64,000 nucleotides of DNA from an uncultured virus (IMG/VR IMGVR_UViG_3300043436_000999) (lineage: Duplodnaviria > Heunggongvirae > Uroviricota > Caudoviricetes), in the IMG/VR virus record IMGVR_UViG_3300043436_000999; one strand, 5' to 3'. This document shows, piece after piece, positions 39,627-50,938 of the stretch. The translations under genes were made by a program, and so were the position numbers. The notes beneath the pieces are model-generated. The model searched no databases. It was not told where the DNA came from and saw only the letters and a program-made list of their open reading frames with translations. How positions within the stretch are numbered: the stretch's first letter is position 1; each line of letters begins with the position of its first letter.

Positions 39627-41164
39627 TGTAGTTGTTGCTCCATATACGCAGGAACAGCAGCACTAGCTAGATCTCCCGCGGATGCTGCAATTCCTTGACC
39701 AACTGCAGATGCTGTGTCTGCTTGAACTTGCATAGATTGAGCGGCCATTCTTTCCTGTGCAATTTCATCCTGAGACTTAACCCAGTTTCTTGCGTCAAAC
39801 CCGAGGGCTGTGATAAGCGCACTGGAGTATGAGTCCCATTTAAAGGTAGCCAACGCATCTGGTGGAAGGTTACGAACCATCTCGCCCATTTGCATAAGCT
39901 TTTGAAGATCGGAGTCACGGCTAAGTGCTTGAAGACCTGTTACAATATTGACGGTTAAGGTACCGTCGTTATCAAAGAACTGTTCTGTTAGGCGTTCATC
40001 TAGAAGTTTATCTTCCAACATTTGTACAATGCAACGCTTGACGATTGGTTCCATAAGTGTACGTGCAATCGAAGAGAATGCACCACCAAGAACCGTTTCA
40101 AGTTCTTGACCGATCATACGTACTGCTGTAGCGGTAACACGATCACCTGATGGAATTGCTTGACCAGTCATTAGGAATGCCTGACCAACCTCACGTCGCA
40201 TGTTCTCGACAGCTTGAGCAGCTGCTGCTACCTGTGGTTGAATGGTTCCAGCTGGTGAGATGACAGAGATATCCGAAGCCTTTGCAGCAACGAATGATCC
40301 GTTTCTAACACCCGCTAGATCATCGACCTCTGTAATACCCTGAGGATCAACGGCGATCCAGAAAGCACTGGCAGCTGCCATTCCTTCGATCTGCGCTTTC
40401 GTATAAGCCTCAAGTGTATTGAGATCTCCAAGGATATCTTCGCAATGCGATCTGCCGTAGTTCTCGCCAGCGATGGCGTACCATCGAAGGACGGCCATAG
40501 GAACAACGAGATAGATACCAGACTCTATAACTTCACCCTCAGCATTCTCTTTCGAGTATGCCCATGTACCATCATCTTGACGAAGATACTGGCAGTAGTA
40601 GGTCTTGTAACCAACTCTGTGTTCGATGTCAGAGTACGATGAGTAATCAATAAACTCTGGATCATCTACCTCATACTCAAGGTGAATAACCTCAAGCACC
40701 TCACCCATGATATCTCTTTGTACGGAGTATTGGTCAAGGCGGTAGATGGTAAAGAAGTAATCTGAATCCATTTCAATCAGCACGTCACCAGTAACGATGA
40801 GATGTTGAAGGGCTTGATATACAGTTTCTCTAAGGTTTGTAGAGGATAACTTATTGTATACTTGAAACGATAAGGTATCTAGGTATTGTTGAATTTCTGG
40901 CGGTGCCTGACTACCATCTCTTAGTTGAAATTTAAAGAATGGTGTATCATTCAAAGGCATTAATGCACTGAGGATTCGGCTTGCTAATCCCGTTACACCA
41001 CGACTACCAACCGAAGAGTATGGTTGGGGTAATGACGTACCTTCACTCCAGCCTTCTGGCGGAAGCAGTGTCGGTACAGTAACAGCTGAGCAATACCTTG
41101 CTCTATTTAATTTAGTTTGCCGATTGCCGTGCATTCTCTGAAAGCGTTCGGCTAGTGTATTCAT
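39623..41164 (-). CDS. Portal (head-tail connector, T7 gp8-like)
   Basis: PYSSVGSRGVTGLASRI, GENYGRS and RVTATAVRMIGQELETVLGG motifs. Confidence 0.95.
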   Translation of the reverse strand: MNTLAERFQRMHGNRQTKLNRARYCSAVTVPTLLPPEGWSEGTSLPQPYSSVGSRGVTGLASRILSALMPLNDTPFFKFQLRDGSQAPPEIQQYLDTLSFQVYNKLSSTNLRETVYQALQHLIVTGDVLIEMDSDYFFTIYRLDQYSVQRDIMGEVLEVIHLEYEVDDPEFIDYSSYSDIEHRVGYKTYYCQYLRQDDGTWAYSKENAEGEVIESGIYLVVPMAVLRWYAIAGENYGRSHCEDILGDLNTLEAYTKAQIEGMAAASAFWIAVDPQGITEVDDLAGVRNGSFVAAKASDISVISPAGTIQPQVAAAAQAVENMRREVGQAFLMTGQAIPSGDRVTATAVRMIGQELETVLGGAFSSIARTLMEPIVKRCIVQMLEDKLLDERLTEQFFDNDGTLTVNIVTGLQALSRDSDLQKLMQMGEMVRNLPPDALATFKWDSYSSALITALGFDARNWVKSQDEIAQERMAAQSMQVQADTASAVGQGIAASAGDLASAAVPAYMEQQLQ

Positions 41165-41484
41165 TGTGGCCTCTGGGTAGTTACACCCTTATTCAAGGCT
41201 TCAAAGAATGTAAGGGCCATAACACCCTTCTCCTTATTTTCATCCATGCTCTCAGCTTCTTCAATTAATTCCTGTTCAGCACGATCTGCTGAGGCTATCT
41301 TCTCCGCTTCTTGGGCAGCGAGTCGTTGCTTTTCGGCATCTTCTCTAGCCAAGCGTCTATTCTCTTCTTCTTCCGCCATGAGACGGCGGCGTTCTTCTTG
41401 TTCTTTTTGAAACTCTCGCTCTTCAGCGAGCAGCTCCTTCTGTTCAGCGGCGGTCATACCGCCTGAGATTTTTGGTGATCCCAT
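41161..41484 (-). CDS. Small coiled-coil virion protein upstream of portal
   Basis: 107 aa, Glu/Arg-rich; position of T7 gp6.7/7.3-type genes. Confidence 0.55.
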   Translation of the reverse strand: MGSPKISGGMTAAEQKELLAEEREFQKEQEERRRLMAEEEENRRLAREDAEKQRLAAQEAEKIASADRAEQELIEEAESMDENKEKGVMALTFFEALNKGVTTQRPQ

Positions 41485-41493
41485 CTTAGCTCC

Positions 41494-42228
41494 TTATAAG
41501 GGCCGCTCAACATAGCCGGGACGTTTGGTACGCCCGATTGTTTCGGCACTTTCTAAAAGTTGTTGTTTAGATTCATTAAACTCACGTTGTCTTCGTTCGT
41601 TTTCTTTAGCAAGTTTGTCTAACTCTTGTTGAGCAGATTTCTTTGCGGATGCTGATTGGGAACCAAAGACTTCTATATCGGTTAAAGCAGCTGCGTATTT
41701 GCCCCAACCTGGAAGTGCCGTACTACGGTAGATGTCAGATGCCTTTCGACGTTCTCCGGTTTCTGTTAATAAACGTAACGCTCCTCTTTCAGCGCTATTT
41801 CTCTGCCAACCAATATATGGAGTCATTGTATAGGAAGGAAACATTTTCTTAAACTCAGCTATAGAAGTAAGTTCAGAAATTTCCTTGCGTTTCTTTTCGT
41901 CTTCTGCTTCCTCAAACCATCCTCTTCTACGTGGCATTTCTTTCAGTACTCTAGCTTTCGCGGCAGAAAGCCACGCATTTTCGGCCTTCTTATATCTTCC
42001 CTCAAAGTCTTCACGCATGGACTCTTCAGTAATCTTTGCTGCTTCTGTCTTTTCATAGTAACGTTGTGCAACGTCATCGTAGAAACGACTTAGTGGTGTG
42101 CTTTCTTCTCCCACAAAAGAAGTTTGTCGCAGTCTAGTCGTGGCATCATACAGAGAGGCAGTATCTGTCCTGCCTCCCTGCATAAACGCCTGTAGTGCTG
42201 CGTTATAATTTACAAAAGGATCAGCCAT
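41494..42228 (-). CDS. Hypothetical protein
   Basis: 244-aa ORF with GGAGG RBS. Confidence 0.6.
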   Translation of the reverse strand: MADPFVNYNAALQAFMQGGRTDTASLYDATTRLRQTSFVGEESTPLSRFYDDVAQRYYEKTEAAKITEESMREDFEGRYKKAENAWLSAAKARVLKEMPRRRGWFEEAEDEKKRKEISELTSIAEFKKMFPSYTMTPYIGWQRNSAERGALRLLTETGERRKASDIYRSTALPGWGKYAAALTDIEVFGSQSASAKKSAQQELDKLAKENERRQREFNESKQQLLESAETIGRTKRPGYVERPL

Positions 42229-42421
42229 TTGTCATATCCTCCTGTTGCTTTCTAACAACAGCTTCTAATTTTGATAATAGATCTAGCTTGCCAGCTTGAT
42301 AAGCAAGTCCGCGAGCTAGGTGTTCACTTGTTTGGTTTGGATCGTACTGATTTGTCGGGGAAATCATTTCCCTCAGCAAAGGAATCCATTCGGGGTCTAG
42401 GTAGGGATACTTTGATTTCAT
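42221..42421 (-). CDS. Hypothetical protein
   Basis: 66 aa with AGGA RBS and a YQAGK...L pattern seen in T7-like pre-structural genes. Confidence 0.55.
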   Translation of the reverse strand: MKSKYPYLDPEWIPLLREMISPTNQYDPNQTSEHLARGLAYQAGKLDLLSKLEAVVRKQQEDMTNG

Positions 42422-42539
42422 TTAGTTCCTTCTCTAGAGCGGTCATCATATTATAAAGTTGGCGAGCAAGCCGACTAAACTCAGCTTCGGTCATTGGAAG
42501 ACCACGCTCAAGTTTTACCTTTAGTGTTTCTTCGATCAT
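42324..42539 (-). CDS. Hypothetical protein
   Basis: Start overlaps the RNR stop (ATGA); overlaps the next gene. Confidence 0.45.
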   Translation of the reverse strand: MIEETLKVKLERGLPMTEAEFSRLARQLYNMMTALEKELNEIKVSLPRPRMDSFAEGNDFPDKSVRSKPNK

Positions 42540-44416
42540 ACGATTGTGCAACCTCCTGCAGTACACGCTGGTTCGTGTGCTGCCTTTGTTTCATCTTCTT
42601 TTTCATACTGCTTTAAGAGAGAGAAATCGACCACGACCTTTGGGAAGTTATTGTATTCTTCTTCTGTGATTGGTTCAAACGGTGCTTGCTCATAGGTGTG
42701 TTCAGCCTTAGGCAAGAATGACACACCGGAAATATAATCAAACTGCTCATAGACCGATGCACCAAGTCGCAAGAACTCGTCATCGGTATAGTTAATTGTT
42801 ACGGATGGCTTGTGTTCGCAGTAATAGTCTGCGTAGATTCTCCACAAGATCAGGTGCGTCTGTGCATCGAGGTCTTGGGTTGTCTTACATCCGGGTGCTG
42901 ACTTCATTGCAAAGGAGAAGACGGCAGTTGAGTCTGGGTTGTTTACACAATCCTCTACTGGTACGCCTTGATCCTTCATCAAGTGATACATTGGATCTTT
43001 CTTATCCAAGCGAACACGTCGAATGTAATATGGTGCATATGGTGGGTGAATACCAGACGAGCAACCAGCCAAGCATGAAGTTGTACCTTCTGGCTTGACG
43101 CAAGTAATAGCCTTGCTTGGTTCCGTGTCTAGTTTATTAGCCCACTCAACGTTGATGTCTTGTGCTGCATCTCTGATGTCCTGCAAGAAACCAATGAGAT
43201 CCATTGGGCTTGTCTGTCCCGCAGTAAACATGTTATCAAAGATACCAGTCATGCTGACACCAAGCAAGCGTTCTTCTTCACAGTTTTTCTTCCACTCTTC
43301 CCGTAGGTATGGGAAGTAGGTGAACTTCGATTGAACGGTACCGATGATGGTAGCCTGTTCAATCTTGCGTCGAATATCCTTCTTGCTATCGTTTGGTCTT
43401 ACGACAATAGTCGATAGGTTGCAGAACTCCATTGGTCTGAGGATGATCTCAGAACATGGGTTGGTTCCAAGATGGACACCATCTGGTACTCCACGACCAA
43501 CACGTGAGCAAACTGCCTGAAGAGCTTCACGGTTAAGGATGCCGCGTTCTCCACTAAATGAATTATACAGTGAAGACCACTCTTGCATGAACTTACCAAG
43601 GCTTGGTTTCTCCGCATAAACTGCGGAGTTGTTTGCAAGGGCGCGGTACGAGTGGCTTTGCCACCAGTTACCACTCTTGCAATCTGCCATCTCCTTGTCC
43701 TCAAGATCGCTGAGGGAGATCATCGCAGAGCGACGAACACCACCAACAATAACTGACTGAGCAATGACGCAGCAGATATCGTGACACTCAAGACTTGTTA
43801 AGCGTCTACCCTTAGCCTTATAGAAAGAGTTAACGATGAACTTGAACACAGCCTCAAGTGGTCCGGGGCCAGATGCTCTGCCACCGAATGTCTTGAGACG
43901 TGCGCCAGCGGGACGTACCAGTGTGGTATCCCACGTTGGATGGACGCCATGATAAAGACAGATCAAGAGATCCTTAAGTGCATTGCACCAACCTTCTCTT
44001 GAGTCTTCTACCGTGATGACGGTATCTGGCTTACGTTCGATTGTTGATGGTACCTGTGGAAGCTTACCAATACAACGTCGTTCAACGCTATAGCCAACAC
44101 CAGTACCACACATCAAGATATATTGAAGTTCGGCAAATGACTCAACAGAGTCAATCTCTAGATAAGAGCAATTATAAAGAGCGGTATGGTCACGATCCAA
44201 GGCAGGGCCAGCGGTCATCAACGCTCGCATGGATGGGAATACTTCCCGATCCAATACGGCTTGCTTGATGTCTGGTCTTTCCTTAAGAACTGGTTCCTTG
44301 TTTGTGAAATAATTCCACCAACGATCAACAGTTTCTTCCCAAGTCTCTCGACGTTGTTCAGATTCAATCCATCGGGCGTATCGACTAAGAGCAATAAAAT
44401 TCTCAAATGTATTCAT
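42536..44416 (-). CDS. nrdJ: Class II (adenosylcobalamin-dependent) ribonucleotide reductase
   Basis: PSMRALMTAG, YNCSY, GGVRRSAMISLS, TNPCSE, TCVKPEGT and C-terminal ACTAGGC motifs; no beta subunit gene present. Confidence 0.92.
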   Translation of the reverse strand: MNTFENFIALSRYARWIESEQRRETWEETVDRWWNYFTNKEPVLKERPDIKQAVLDREVFPSMRALMTAGPALDRDHTALYNCSYLEIDSVESFAELQYILMCGTGVGYSVERRCIGKLPQVPSTIERKPDTVITVEDSREGWCNALKDLLICLYHGVHPTWDTTLVRPAGARLKTFGGRASGPGPLEAVFKFIVNSFYKAKGRRLTSLECHDICCVIAQSVIVGGVRRSAMISLSDLEDKEMADCKSGNWWQSHSYRALANNSAVYAEKPSLGKFMQEWSSLYNSFSGERGILNREALQAVCSRVGRGVPDGVHLGTNPCSEIILRPMEFCNLSTIVVRPNDSKKDIRRKIEQATIIGTVQSKFTYFPYLREEWKKNCEEERLLGVSMTGIFDNMFTAGQTSPMDLIGFLQDIRDAAQDINVEWANKLDTEPSKAITCVKPEGTTSCLAGCSSGIHPPYAPYYIRRVRLDKKDPMYHLMKDQGVPVEDCVNNPDSTAVFSFAMKSAPGCKTTQDLDAQTHLILWRIYADYYCEHKPSVTINYTDDEFLRLGASVYEQFDYISGVSFLPKAEHTYEQAPFEPITEEEYNNFPKVVVDFSLLKQYEKEDETKAAHEPACTAGGCTIV

Positions 44417-44418
44417 AA

Positions 44419-44931
44419 TTACTTTACGTTAGTTGAGCCAAAGCCACCATCATTTCTGAGTGTCTGGCTAAGTTCCTCAACGGTTACAAAGGACGGTGCA
44501 AAGAAGGGAGTGAATAAAAGTTGTGCAATACGGTCGCCATCCTCAACGACAAATGTATTGGTTCCTTCATTACGAAGTAGAACTTTAATCTCGCCACGGT
44601 AGTCTGGGTCAATAAGACCCGGTGTGTTTGCTACGGTAATACCATGCTTGGCCGCAAGGCCAGACCTTGGTAAGACCAAAGCGCAAACGTTTTCTGGAAG
44701 AGCTAACTGAACACCAGTAGAAACCATAACCGTTTCATTAGGCTTGATCTTTATGGGTTCATAGATGTCTGCCCGTAGGTCAAACCCAGCTGCTGCTTGG
44801 GTTCCCCTAGATGGATAGCCATGCCTTCCTGTCTTAATGTACACGTCTGTGTCTTTCACAAAGACGGAACTTGTTGATGTATAGTTATTTGGGTTGTCAA
44901 AGATTGTTGTATTAGTGTTATATTCGTTCAT
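44419..44931 (-). CDS. dut: Trimeric dUTPase
   Basis: AAGFDL, PRSGLA, GLIDPDYRGE, GDRIAQL and R.DGGFGST motifs. Confidence 0.95.
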   Translation of the reverse strand: MNEYNTNTTIFDNPNNYTSTSSVFVKDTDVYIKTGRHGYPSRGTQAAAGFDLRADIYEPIKIKPNETVMVSTGVQLALPENVCALVLPRSGLAAKHGITVANTPGLIDPDYRGEIKVLLRNEGTNTFVVEDGDRIAQLLFTPFFAPSFVTVEELSQTLRNDGGFGSTNVK

Positions 44932-44938
44932 CTTGTTT

Positions 44939-44959
44939 CCTAGCTCTAACTCAGGGACT
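44939..44959 (-). promoter_or_regulatory. Candidate phage RNAP promoter upstream of dut/nrdJ and the structural genes
   Basis: Minus strand AGTCCCTGA-GTTAGA-GCTA-GGAAAC, same spacing as the copies at 412 and 58948. Confidence 0.6.
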
Positions 44960-45683
44960 ACTCGTATGGGTGCCATGGGGTATTCTCCCCATCCCGTAGA
45001 ATGCGGACACAGCGTCCCATTGCTACAGCGTCCTCAAGGGTATACGGCTTGCCGTCCTTGTCACTACGGGTCTCGTAGAGGCTTAGGACTAGGGCGGTAT
45101 GGTTCTTGGGGTGGGTGGAATTCAGAAGCTTTTCAGCCTTCTTGGGGCCAAGCTTCCAGATACCCCCGATATTATCGGTCGAATCTCCTGTGATCCATTG
45201 CCGATGGAACCAAAAGTCTGCGTCAGAAACTGAGGTATATTCTATCTCAGTCTCTGGGTCATCTAGGTTCAGTCGCGGCTTCCACGAATAGCCGGGAACT
45301 TGTTGTAAATCCTTATCAATAGTTACACAAATTGCTTTGAACCCAGACTTAGCAATACCCATCAGGTCATCAGCCTCAAGTCGTGGTTCACTGGTTGTCT
45401 TATAGTTATCCCGTAAGAAAGCAATAGCGTCTGATAGACAATCGGGTGATGGTCTACCGTCTCTGTGTTCTTTGTAACTAGGGAGGTAATCCTTTCGGAT
45501 ATTATCCTTACGTGAACAAGATATAGCGATTGTGATATCGGTAATTCCCGGAGGTGTCCACCGTTTAACGTCATCAATCAATCGTCTATCTAACCATTCA
45601 GCTCCCTCTTGATCTGCCCAGAAGGCAGCACGATACGCAATGATGTCTCCGTCTAAGATTGCACGATCAATACCAAGCTTCAA
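44958..45683 (-). CDS. 5'-3' exonuclease (T7 gp6-like)
   Basis: LDGDIIAY, YKEHR, LEADDLMG, IDKDL and GDSTDNIGG...GPKKA motifs. Confidence 0.92.
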   Translation of the reverse strand: MKLGIDRAILDGDIIAYRAAFWADQEGAEWLDRRLIDDVKRWTPPGITDITIAISCSRKDNIRKDYLPSYKEHRDGRPSPDCLSDAIAFLRDNYKTTSEPRLEADDLMGIAKSGFKAICVTIDKDLQQVPGYSWKPRLNLDDPETEIEYTSVSDADFWFHRQWITGDSTDNIGGIWKLGPKKAEKLLNSTHPKNHTALVLSLYETRSDKDGKPYTLEDAVAMGRCVRILRDGENTPWHPYE

Positions 45684-46023
45684 GGAAACAACCTTTCTCT
45701 GCTGCTATCTTAAACCATTTGTTTAATTGCTGCAGCTCTTCGTTAGATATTTGTACACGTCTATTCGCTACGCTAGAGATGTGGGCAAAGGTATACTCAT
45801 TCAAGAGACGTGAGATATCTTGAACAGTACCATTCTTAAGTTGGTGATACAATGTATAACCAGTGATCTGCTTAATAACCTCATCATAGTATCGACCACG
45901 AATCCAGTTATCTGTTCCCTTTGTTCCACGGACAAGGAGATCAGTACCAGAGAACCAATCCTCTGGTGCCTCCCTAAATTCTCCTTGTTCGTATCCTATC
46001 ATGGCAATGGTATCAAGACTCAT
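45667..46023 (-). CDS. Hypothetical protein, M(S/G)LD family; paralogue of 55048-55431
   Basis: MSLDT...RGRYY...YTLY...KWF...AWY aligns by eye with 55048-55431. Confidence 0.65.
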   Translation of the reverse strand: MSLDTIAMIGYEQGEFREAPEDWFSGTDLLVRGTKGTDNWIRGRYYDEVIKQITGYTLYHQLKNGTVQDISRLLNEYTFAHISSVANRRVQISNEELQQLNKWFKIAAEKGCFLEAWY

Positions 46024-46724
46024 TCTTCTTCGTCTCCAAACAACTCTTCAAAGAACTCATCAAGATTCATAGGCTCATCCTTCTTGGTCTTTGTACAACC
46101 AAGGCAATCACAAGATAGATAGCAGTGAGGATCAAGACCCAACCAATCAGGAAGACGTGCGCTTAACTTGGAGTGAAGAAGCTTGGTGTCGCCTTCGTTC
46201 TTGATAACCCAATCAAACATCTGAACGTAGTCCTTATCTCCATCCTCGAATCGGTTTGCCATCTCTTCTGATTCATGCTTACGCCAATCAGCATTCTGAT
46301 CTTCTAGGTCTCTTGAACCACGGCTTATGAAGACAGTGATGGCTCCGTTCGTTCGACCGAAGTTAAGTTCGTTAAGATACCGACAATCGTCAACGATGAT
46401 TACGGTTTCTTTCCAAAGCTTTTCTTCGTCTTGTGCTGCGTTTGCGTCCTTGATTGCAGCTTCTTTCCAAGACTTCTTAAACAAGTTCAACCAGTAATCT
46501 GGATCTTCCTTGCGCTTGGACTCACCAACATCTTGACAATAAGCACGATACTCTAGTGGCTTAGTTGCCTTGTCAAATCCAGCAGCTAATGCCTCATCCT
46601 TAATAGCCTTAGCAAAGGGAAGGATTATTGGTTTGAAGTCACACTTCTTTGCATACGCTGCAATAAACTCAGCAGCCGTAGTCTTACCGACTCTCGCTTG
46701 GCCGGACAATAAGATGGTTATCAT
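46020..46724 (-). CDS. Deoxynucleoside monophosphate kinase-like P-loop kinase
   Basis: SGQARVGKTT, PFAKAIKD, IVDDCRYLNE and HESE motifs. Confidence 0.8.
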   Translation of the reverse strand: MITILLSGQARVGKTTAAEFIAAYAKKCDFKPIILPFAKAIKDEALAAGFDKATKPLEYRAYCQDVGESKRKEDPDYWLNLFKKSWKEAAIKDANAAQDEEKLWKETVIIVDDCRYLNELNFGRTNGAITVFISRGSRDLEDQNADWRKHESEEMANRFEDGDKDYVQMFDWVIKNEGDTKLLHSKLSARLPDWLGLDPHCYLSCDCLGCTKTKKDEPMNLDEFFEELFGDEEE

Positions 46725-47202
46725 TGAATCTCCTATACAACTCTGCTGGTGTAAAGCAGTCTTCGATATTAAAGAAAGAACAGATATGTGTTGTACAATT
46801 CCGTGGTCTTGTTAAACCAATGAACCGCCCAACAAAGTAATGGAAAATCATATCCCAAGCATTACTGTCGGTATATGATGATGCCCCCGTTATAGCATCC
46901 TCAAGTGACATATCCTCAGTGATCCACATTTCTGTTCGACCGATGAGGACAGCACCTAAACCTTGTAAGGTTTCTAGATTGTATAGTTTACTGACTGGTA
47001 CTATACGACCATCCCATTCTTGTTTTGCACTACAGATTACAAAGTGGTACTCCTTGCCGCCAGCCTCAAGGATGAGGCCAGCGTGTGTTACATGGCTACC
47101 ATTAAGAATCTTAGCCAACAATCCCAAGTACCTACCCTGAATCTTATTGAAGTCGTAGAAGCCGACAGATGCTTTAGTGAGTTTGTGACCAGTTGTTTCC
47201 AA
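46684..47202 (-). CDS. Permuted papain-like (NlpC/P60, YiiX-type) hydrolase
   Basis: His before Cys: THAGL ... RNCTTHI ... FTPAEL. TTG start after GGAG. Confidence 0.55.
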   Translation of the reverse strand: METTGHKLTKASVGFYDFNKIQGRYLGLLAKILNGSHVTHAGLILEAGGKEYHFVICSAKQEWDGRIVPVSKLYNLETLQGLGAVLIGRTEMWITEDMSLEDAITGASSYTDSNAWDMIFHYFVGRFIGLTRPRNCTTHICSFFNIEDCFTPAELYRRFNDNHLIVRPSESR

Positions 47203-48880
47203 TTTTATACTCCGCGTTGATTGGCATAGCGATAGCAAGTCTAGTACCCGCTTCGATTGCCGCATTAGTAACTATCTTGCCAGCCTCTTCAGCAATCGCT
47301 GATGGGCAGGAGAACTGAAGTTCGTCATGCACATACGCTAGTTGCTTGACAACGTTAGCACCAAACCGTTCTCTTAGTCTGGTGTTAGCAAGGATCATCC
47401 AGTACTTAGATACCACAGCACCACTACCTTGCAATAAGGTATTGAGTGCGGCGTGTGCGCTACGTACTGGTGCATAGCGACCGTCAACTAACTTAACCGC
47501 ACTACGCTTGGCTACTTGAAACTCAACATCTTGCTTGACCTTAGCAAGTGCTGGCAACTCTCGAAGAAACTTCTCCTTGAGTGCTGCACCCTGCTTAGAT
47601 GAACCTTCGATGATCTTACCAATCTTTGCATCGCCAGCCCCATACAAGAAGCCGTAGATAAAAGTCTTAGCATTGTTACGAGTAGGTAGACCAGCCTTCT
47701 GTTGGTTGTGGGTGTGAATGTCTCCGTTAAGAATAACGTCGGCATACGCACCCTTGTCGTATGGTGCCATGTAGTGGGCAAGCATACGCAACTCAAGACC
47801 ACTAAGGTCTGACCCAAGTAACACCTCGCCATCGTGTGGAATCCATAACTCTCTGGCACGGTGATCGCCAGACACCTGTGCAACGTTTGGTTGCGAGTGT
47901 GTGCATCGACCAGTAGCAGCACCCTGTACGTTTACAAAGCCGTGGATGCGACCGTCTCGACTATACGATGAGCGACTAACCCAATCGTCTACCTGACCCA
48001 TAAGCTTCTGAACATCGAAGTACTCGACAAGCTTCTTGGCTTCTGGATAATCAAGTTGACTGAGGATTGTGGCATCCACGTTGGGATTACCGTTCTCTGT
48101 CTTTGGTGCTGACCAACCATACTTCTCAGACAACCGCTCAGCAATCTGCTTGCGAGAGCCGGGATTAAAAGCCTCAACGGAATCCTTGAGACGCTTGCCC
48201 GTCTTCTCTGAGTAACGCTCAGTAACCTTATCTGGGAAGATGGTACGCATTTCATCTTCAACAGATGCCTTGAACATCAACAGATCATGTTGTAGTTTCT
48301 CAGCAGCCTTGATGTCGAAGTTGAAACCATTGGCTTGCTGCTGTGCAACAACAGCACTAGCAAGAAACTCAAGCTGAACAATCTTCTCATACTTGTTATC
48401 AGCAATCCACTTCTGTTGGTGGTTGTAGATGTGATGGGCAACGTGTACGTCCTGAATGCAGTACGTAATCATGTCATCCGTCAACTCCTCCCATGTACCT
48501 TGATAATTAATCTTCTCATTACCAAGGTGCTTACCCCAACACTCAAGCGAGTTACCACCAAGCGGGTGATTTGTAAGATCTGGATACATCAGTTTACTAA
48601 CAACCAGTGAGTCGTAGATCTTAGCGGTACCCTTGTACCCAAGCATACGCTTAAGACATTCAAGATCGAAACCATAGAGATTGTGTCCAATGAGTTGCGT
48701 TGCCTTGTTGAGATACGCATCGAAGGTCTCATCAAACACAGTCCATGTTCGAACCTCTCCGCTATCAATATCCTTTGTAACAACAACGTGAACTTTTGTA
48801 CACTCCTTGACAGGTCTACCCTTATTGTCGAGGGTCAACTCCATCAGGGCATTCGATTCGATGTCGATAACCAAGCGCAT
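47174..48880 (-). CDS. DNA polymerase, family A (T7 gp5-like)
   Basis: Exo [28 protein letters not shown] and VHDELQ motifs. Confidence 0.95.
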   Translation of the reverse strand: MRLVIDIESNALMELTLDNKGRPVKECTKVHVVVTKDIDSGEVRTWTVFDETFDAYLNKATQLIGHNLYGFDLECLKRMLGYKGTAKIYDSLVVSKLMYPDLTNHPLGGNSLECWGKHLGNEKINYQGTWEELTDDMITYCIQDVHVAHHIYNHQQKWIADNKYEKIVQLEFLASAVVAQQQANGFNFDIKAAEKLQHDLLMFKASVEDEMRTIFPDKVTERYSEKTGKRLKDSVEAFNPGSRKQIAERLSEKYGWSAPKTENGNPNVDATILSQLDYPEAKKLVEYFDVQKLMGQVDDWVSRSSYSRDGRIHGFVNVQGAATGRCTHSQPNVAQVSGDHRARELWIPHDGEVLLGSDLSGLELRMLAHYMAPYDKGAYADVILNGDIHTHNQQKAGLPTRNNAKTFIYGFLYGAGDAKIGKIIEGSSKQGAALKEKFLRELPALAKVKQDVEFQVAKRSAVKLVDGRYAPVRSAHAALNTLLQGSGAVVSKYWMILANTRLRERFGANVVKQLAYVHDELQFSCPSAIAEEAGKIVTNAAIEAGTRLAIAMPINAEYKIGNNWSQTH

Positions 48881-49049
48881 TAAATCTAGTATCTCTTTCT
48901 GCCAACATCTCGTCGGCAAGGTTACAAATCTCTTTTATGGTTTTGGGTTTAGCTGCATCCCGTGTTGTACCAGGATGTAAAGACATACCCAAGATGGACG
49001 CAGCAAACATATCCCATGCTACCATTCGCATGATTTCATGTTGTTCCAT
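48822..49049 (-). CDS. Hypothetical protein
   Basis: DMFAASIL...ADEMLAER pattern common in small phage proteins; overlaps neighbours. Confidence 0.55.
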   Translation of the reverse strand: MEQHEIMRMVAWDMFAASILGMSLHPGTTRDAAKPKTIKEICNLADEMLAERDTRFNALGYRHRIECPDGVDPRQ

Positions 49050-50769
49050 TTTGAATAGGTTGGAAGACAACCTCTCCTTCGTCGTTGGTTGCCCAATCAA
49101 CTTCTTGCAAACGACCAGTTGTTCTGTCATAGAACAAAGCACTAGCAATGCCAGCACGACCAGTCAAGCGATTCTTAAGAACACGAATGATGGTTGTATT
49201 GGCTAGGGTCTGGTCTTGATTCTGTCTATCGCGTTCAAGAGCGATGACCGTATTAGGTACAGATGCCAAAGCACCAGAACCACGAAGATCCTGAAGCGTA
49301 ATTCTATCGCCTTCTTCATAAGCCTTATCCGTCTTCTTGAGTTGCGAAACGATATCGACGTGAACACCAGTACGAACAGCGAGAGATCGTAGTTCCTTCA
49401 TAAGCGTGTCGATGATGATACGCTCTGAACCACCACCCTCAATGTCCTTGTCGGATGTTCCCATTAACCCAGCCGCTGCTGCTGTGATATGGTCTAGGAC
49501 AATCACGTCTACCTTCAGAGACACAGCCATGTACTCCATGCGAGCAAGCAAGTTAGCCATAGCGTTGTTGCCAAGGTGATCGTAGATGTACATGTTGGTG
49601 GCAGACAGCTTCTTCTTAGCCTCCAAGTATTCGTCAGTAGAGAAGTCATTGGTTAACAACTCAATGTCGATTGGTGGCTTACCCATACGGACACGAAGAT
49701 CATTCATCATCTTCGCTGCATTGATAGCACGAACTGGCTTGTTAATCATAAGCGAGATCATGTCATCCATAGTTTCTTGAGGGGATTCCTCAAGCATGAT
49801 AGCACCAACAGATCGACCTTCTTCAAGGTGATGATACATCAACTCACGTAGGATGGTTGACTTACCAGAACCCGTACCTGATGCCCACAATGTAATCTCG
49901 CCTGATCGTTGTCCGATGAGGAACTCAGACAACTTGTCAAACGGGAAGGGGTAAACCCTAGCCTGAAGACTATCGGTAGACTCTACAATCTTAGAGATGT
50001 GAAGAATCTCATCGGGGCTATAGACTTGTGCTTCCCAGATCGCAGACACAACAGCCTTGCCTTGGTTTGTGACCAAGCATTCGTTTGCATCCTTGAGTGG
50101 AAGCTTAGCAATCTTACACTTGCCAGGTGGAAGAATCTCACTGATAGCCTTGGCCGCATCTTGACCAGCGTCATCCATATCAAAGCAGAGGACAACCTCT
50201 TGGTAAGAAGAGACGAACTCAAGGTTATCCTTAATAGCCTTGAGTGCTGATTGCGCTCCGTTAGGAACAGACACAACAGGCCAAGTACCACCAAGCAATT
50301 GACACACGGTCATGCAGTCGATCTCACCTTCGGTGATAACCAACCGCTTACCTGACATCTTCCACAGATGTTGACCGAAGAGTTGAACACTCTTGGGTGA
50401 ACCCTTCCAAGCGAATTGCTTGTTGGGTCCACGGATATGTTGAGCAACCAACTCACCTTCTGTGGAGAAGTAGTTGGCAATCTCGACATCGTTGTTGTTT
50501 ACGTGTGCAACTTGATAACCAAATTGCCGACACGTCTTCTCCTCAATGCGTCGATGACTGAGGTCGGAGAAGGTACCATTCAGTTTGTTAAAGTTAGAAG
50601 TACTAGGTTCGGCTGACATTTTGTTTCCTTTGTGATATCCGCAGCAATAGCAGTGTACGTGACCGTCACTATAGACGGCAAGATTATCTCCGCTGTTGTC
50701 ACCGCCCATTGCGGCACACTTGGGACAACGATCTCTCGAAACTACAGTTGACTCATTCAAGGTTTCCAT
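49036..50769 (-). CDS. Primase-helicase (T7 gp4-like)
   Basis: Zn finger CPKC...HCYCC, TOPRIM ITEGEID and FDMD, Walker [14 protein letters not shown] and LKNR motifs. Confidence 0.95.
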   Translation of the reverse strand: METLNESTVVSRDRCPKCAAMGGDNSGDNLAVYSDGHVHCYCCGYHKGNKMSAEPSTSNFNKLNGTFSDLSHRRIEEKTCRQFGYQVAHVNNNDVEIANYFSTEGELVAQHIRGPNKQFAWKGSPKSVQLFGQHLWKMSGKRLVITEGEIDCMTVCQLLGGTWPVVSVPNGAQSALKAIKDNLEFVSSYQEVVLCFDMDDAGQDAAKAISEILPPGKCKIAKLPLKDANECLVTNQGKAVVSAIWEAQVYSPDEILHISKIVESTDSLQARVYPFPFDKLSEFLIGQRSGEITLWASGTGSGKSTILRELMYHHLEEGRSVGAIMLEESPQETMDDMISLMINKPVRAINAAKMMNDLRVRMGKPPIDIELLTNDFSTDEYLEAKKKLSATNMYIYDHLGNNAMANLLARMEYMAVSLKVDVIVLDHITAAAAGLMGTSDKDIEGGGSERIIIDTLMKELRSLAVRTGVHVDIVSQLKKTDKAYEEGDRITLQDLRGSGALASVPNTVIALERDRQNQDQTLANTTIIRVLKNRLTGRAGIASALFYDRTTGRLQEVDWATNDEGEVVFQPIQNGTT

Positions 50770-50938
50770 TTAGTTCTTTCTTATAGCACACGATCTCGCC
50801 TGTTGCAATATCGTGTAGAAAATCTAACAGGCCATCAATCATTGCTTCCTCGTCGGTAAGCAAACTGTATGGCAGACCACTCTCAATTAGTTCGATCTGT
50901 TCCTTTAGAAGAGTTACATTAATGTTTGCGCGTTTCAT
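50753..50938 (-). CDS. Hypothetical protein
   Basis: 61-aa ORF coupled to neighbours. Confidence 0.5.
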   Translation of the reverse strand: MKRANINVTLLKEQIELIESGLPYSLLTDEEAMIDGLLDFLHDIATGEIVCYKKELNGNLE

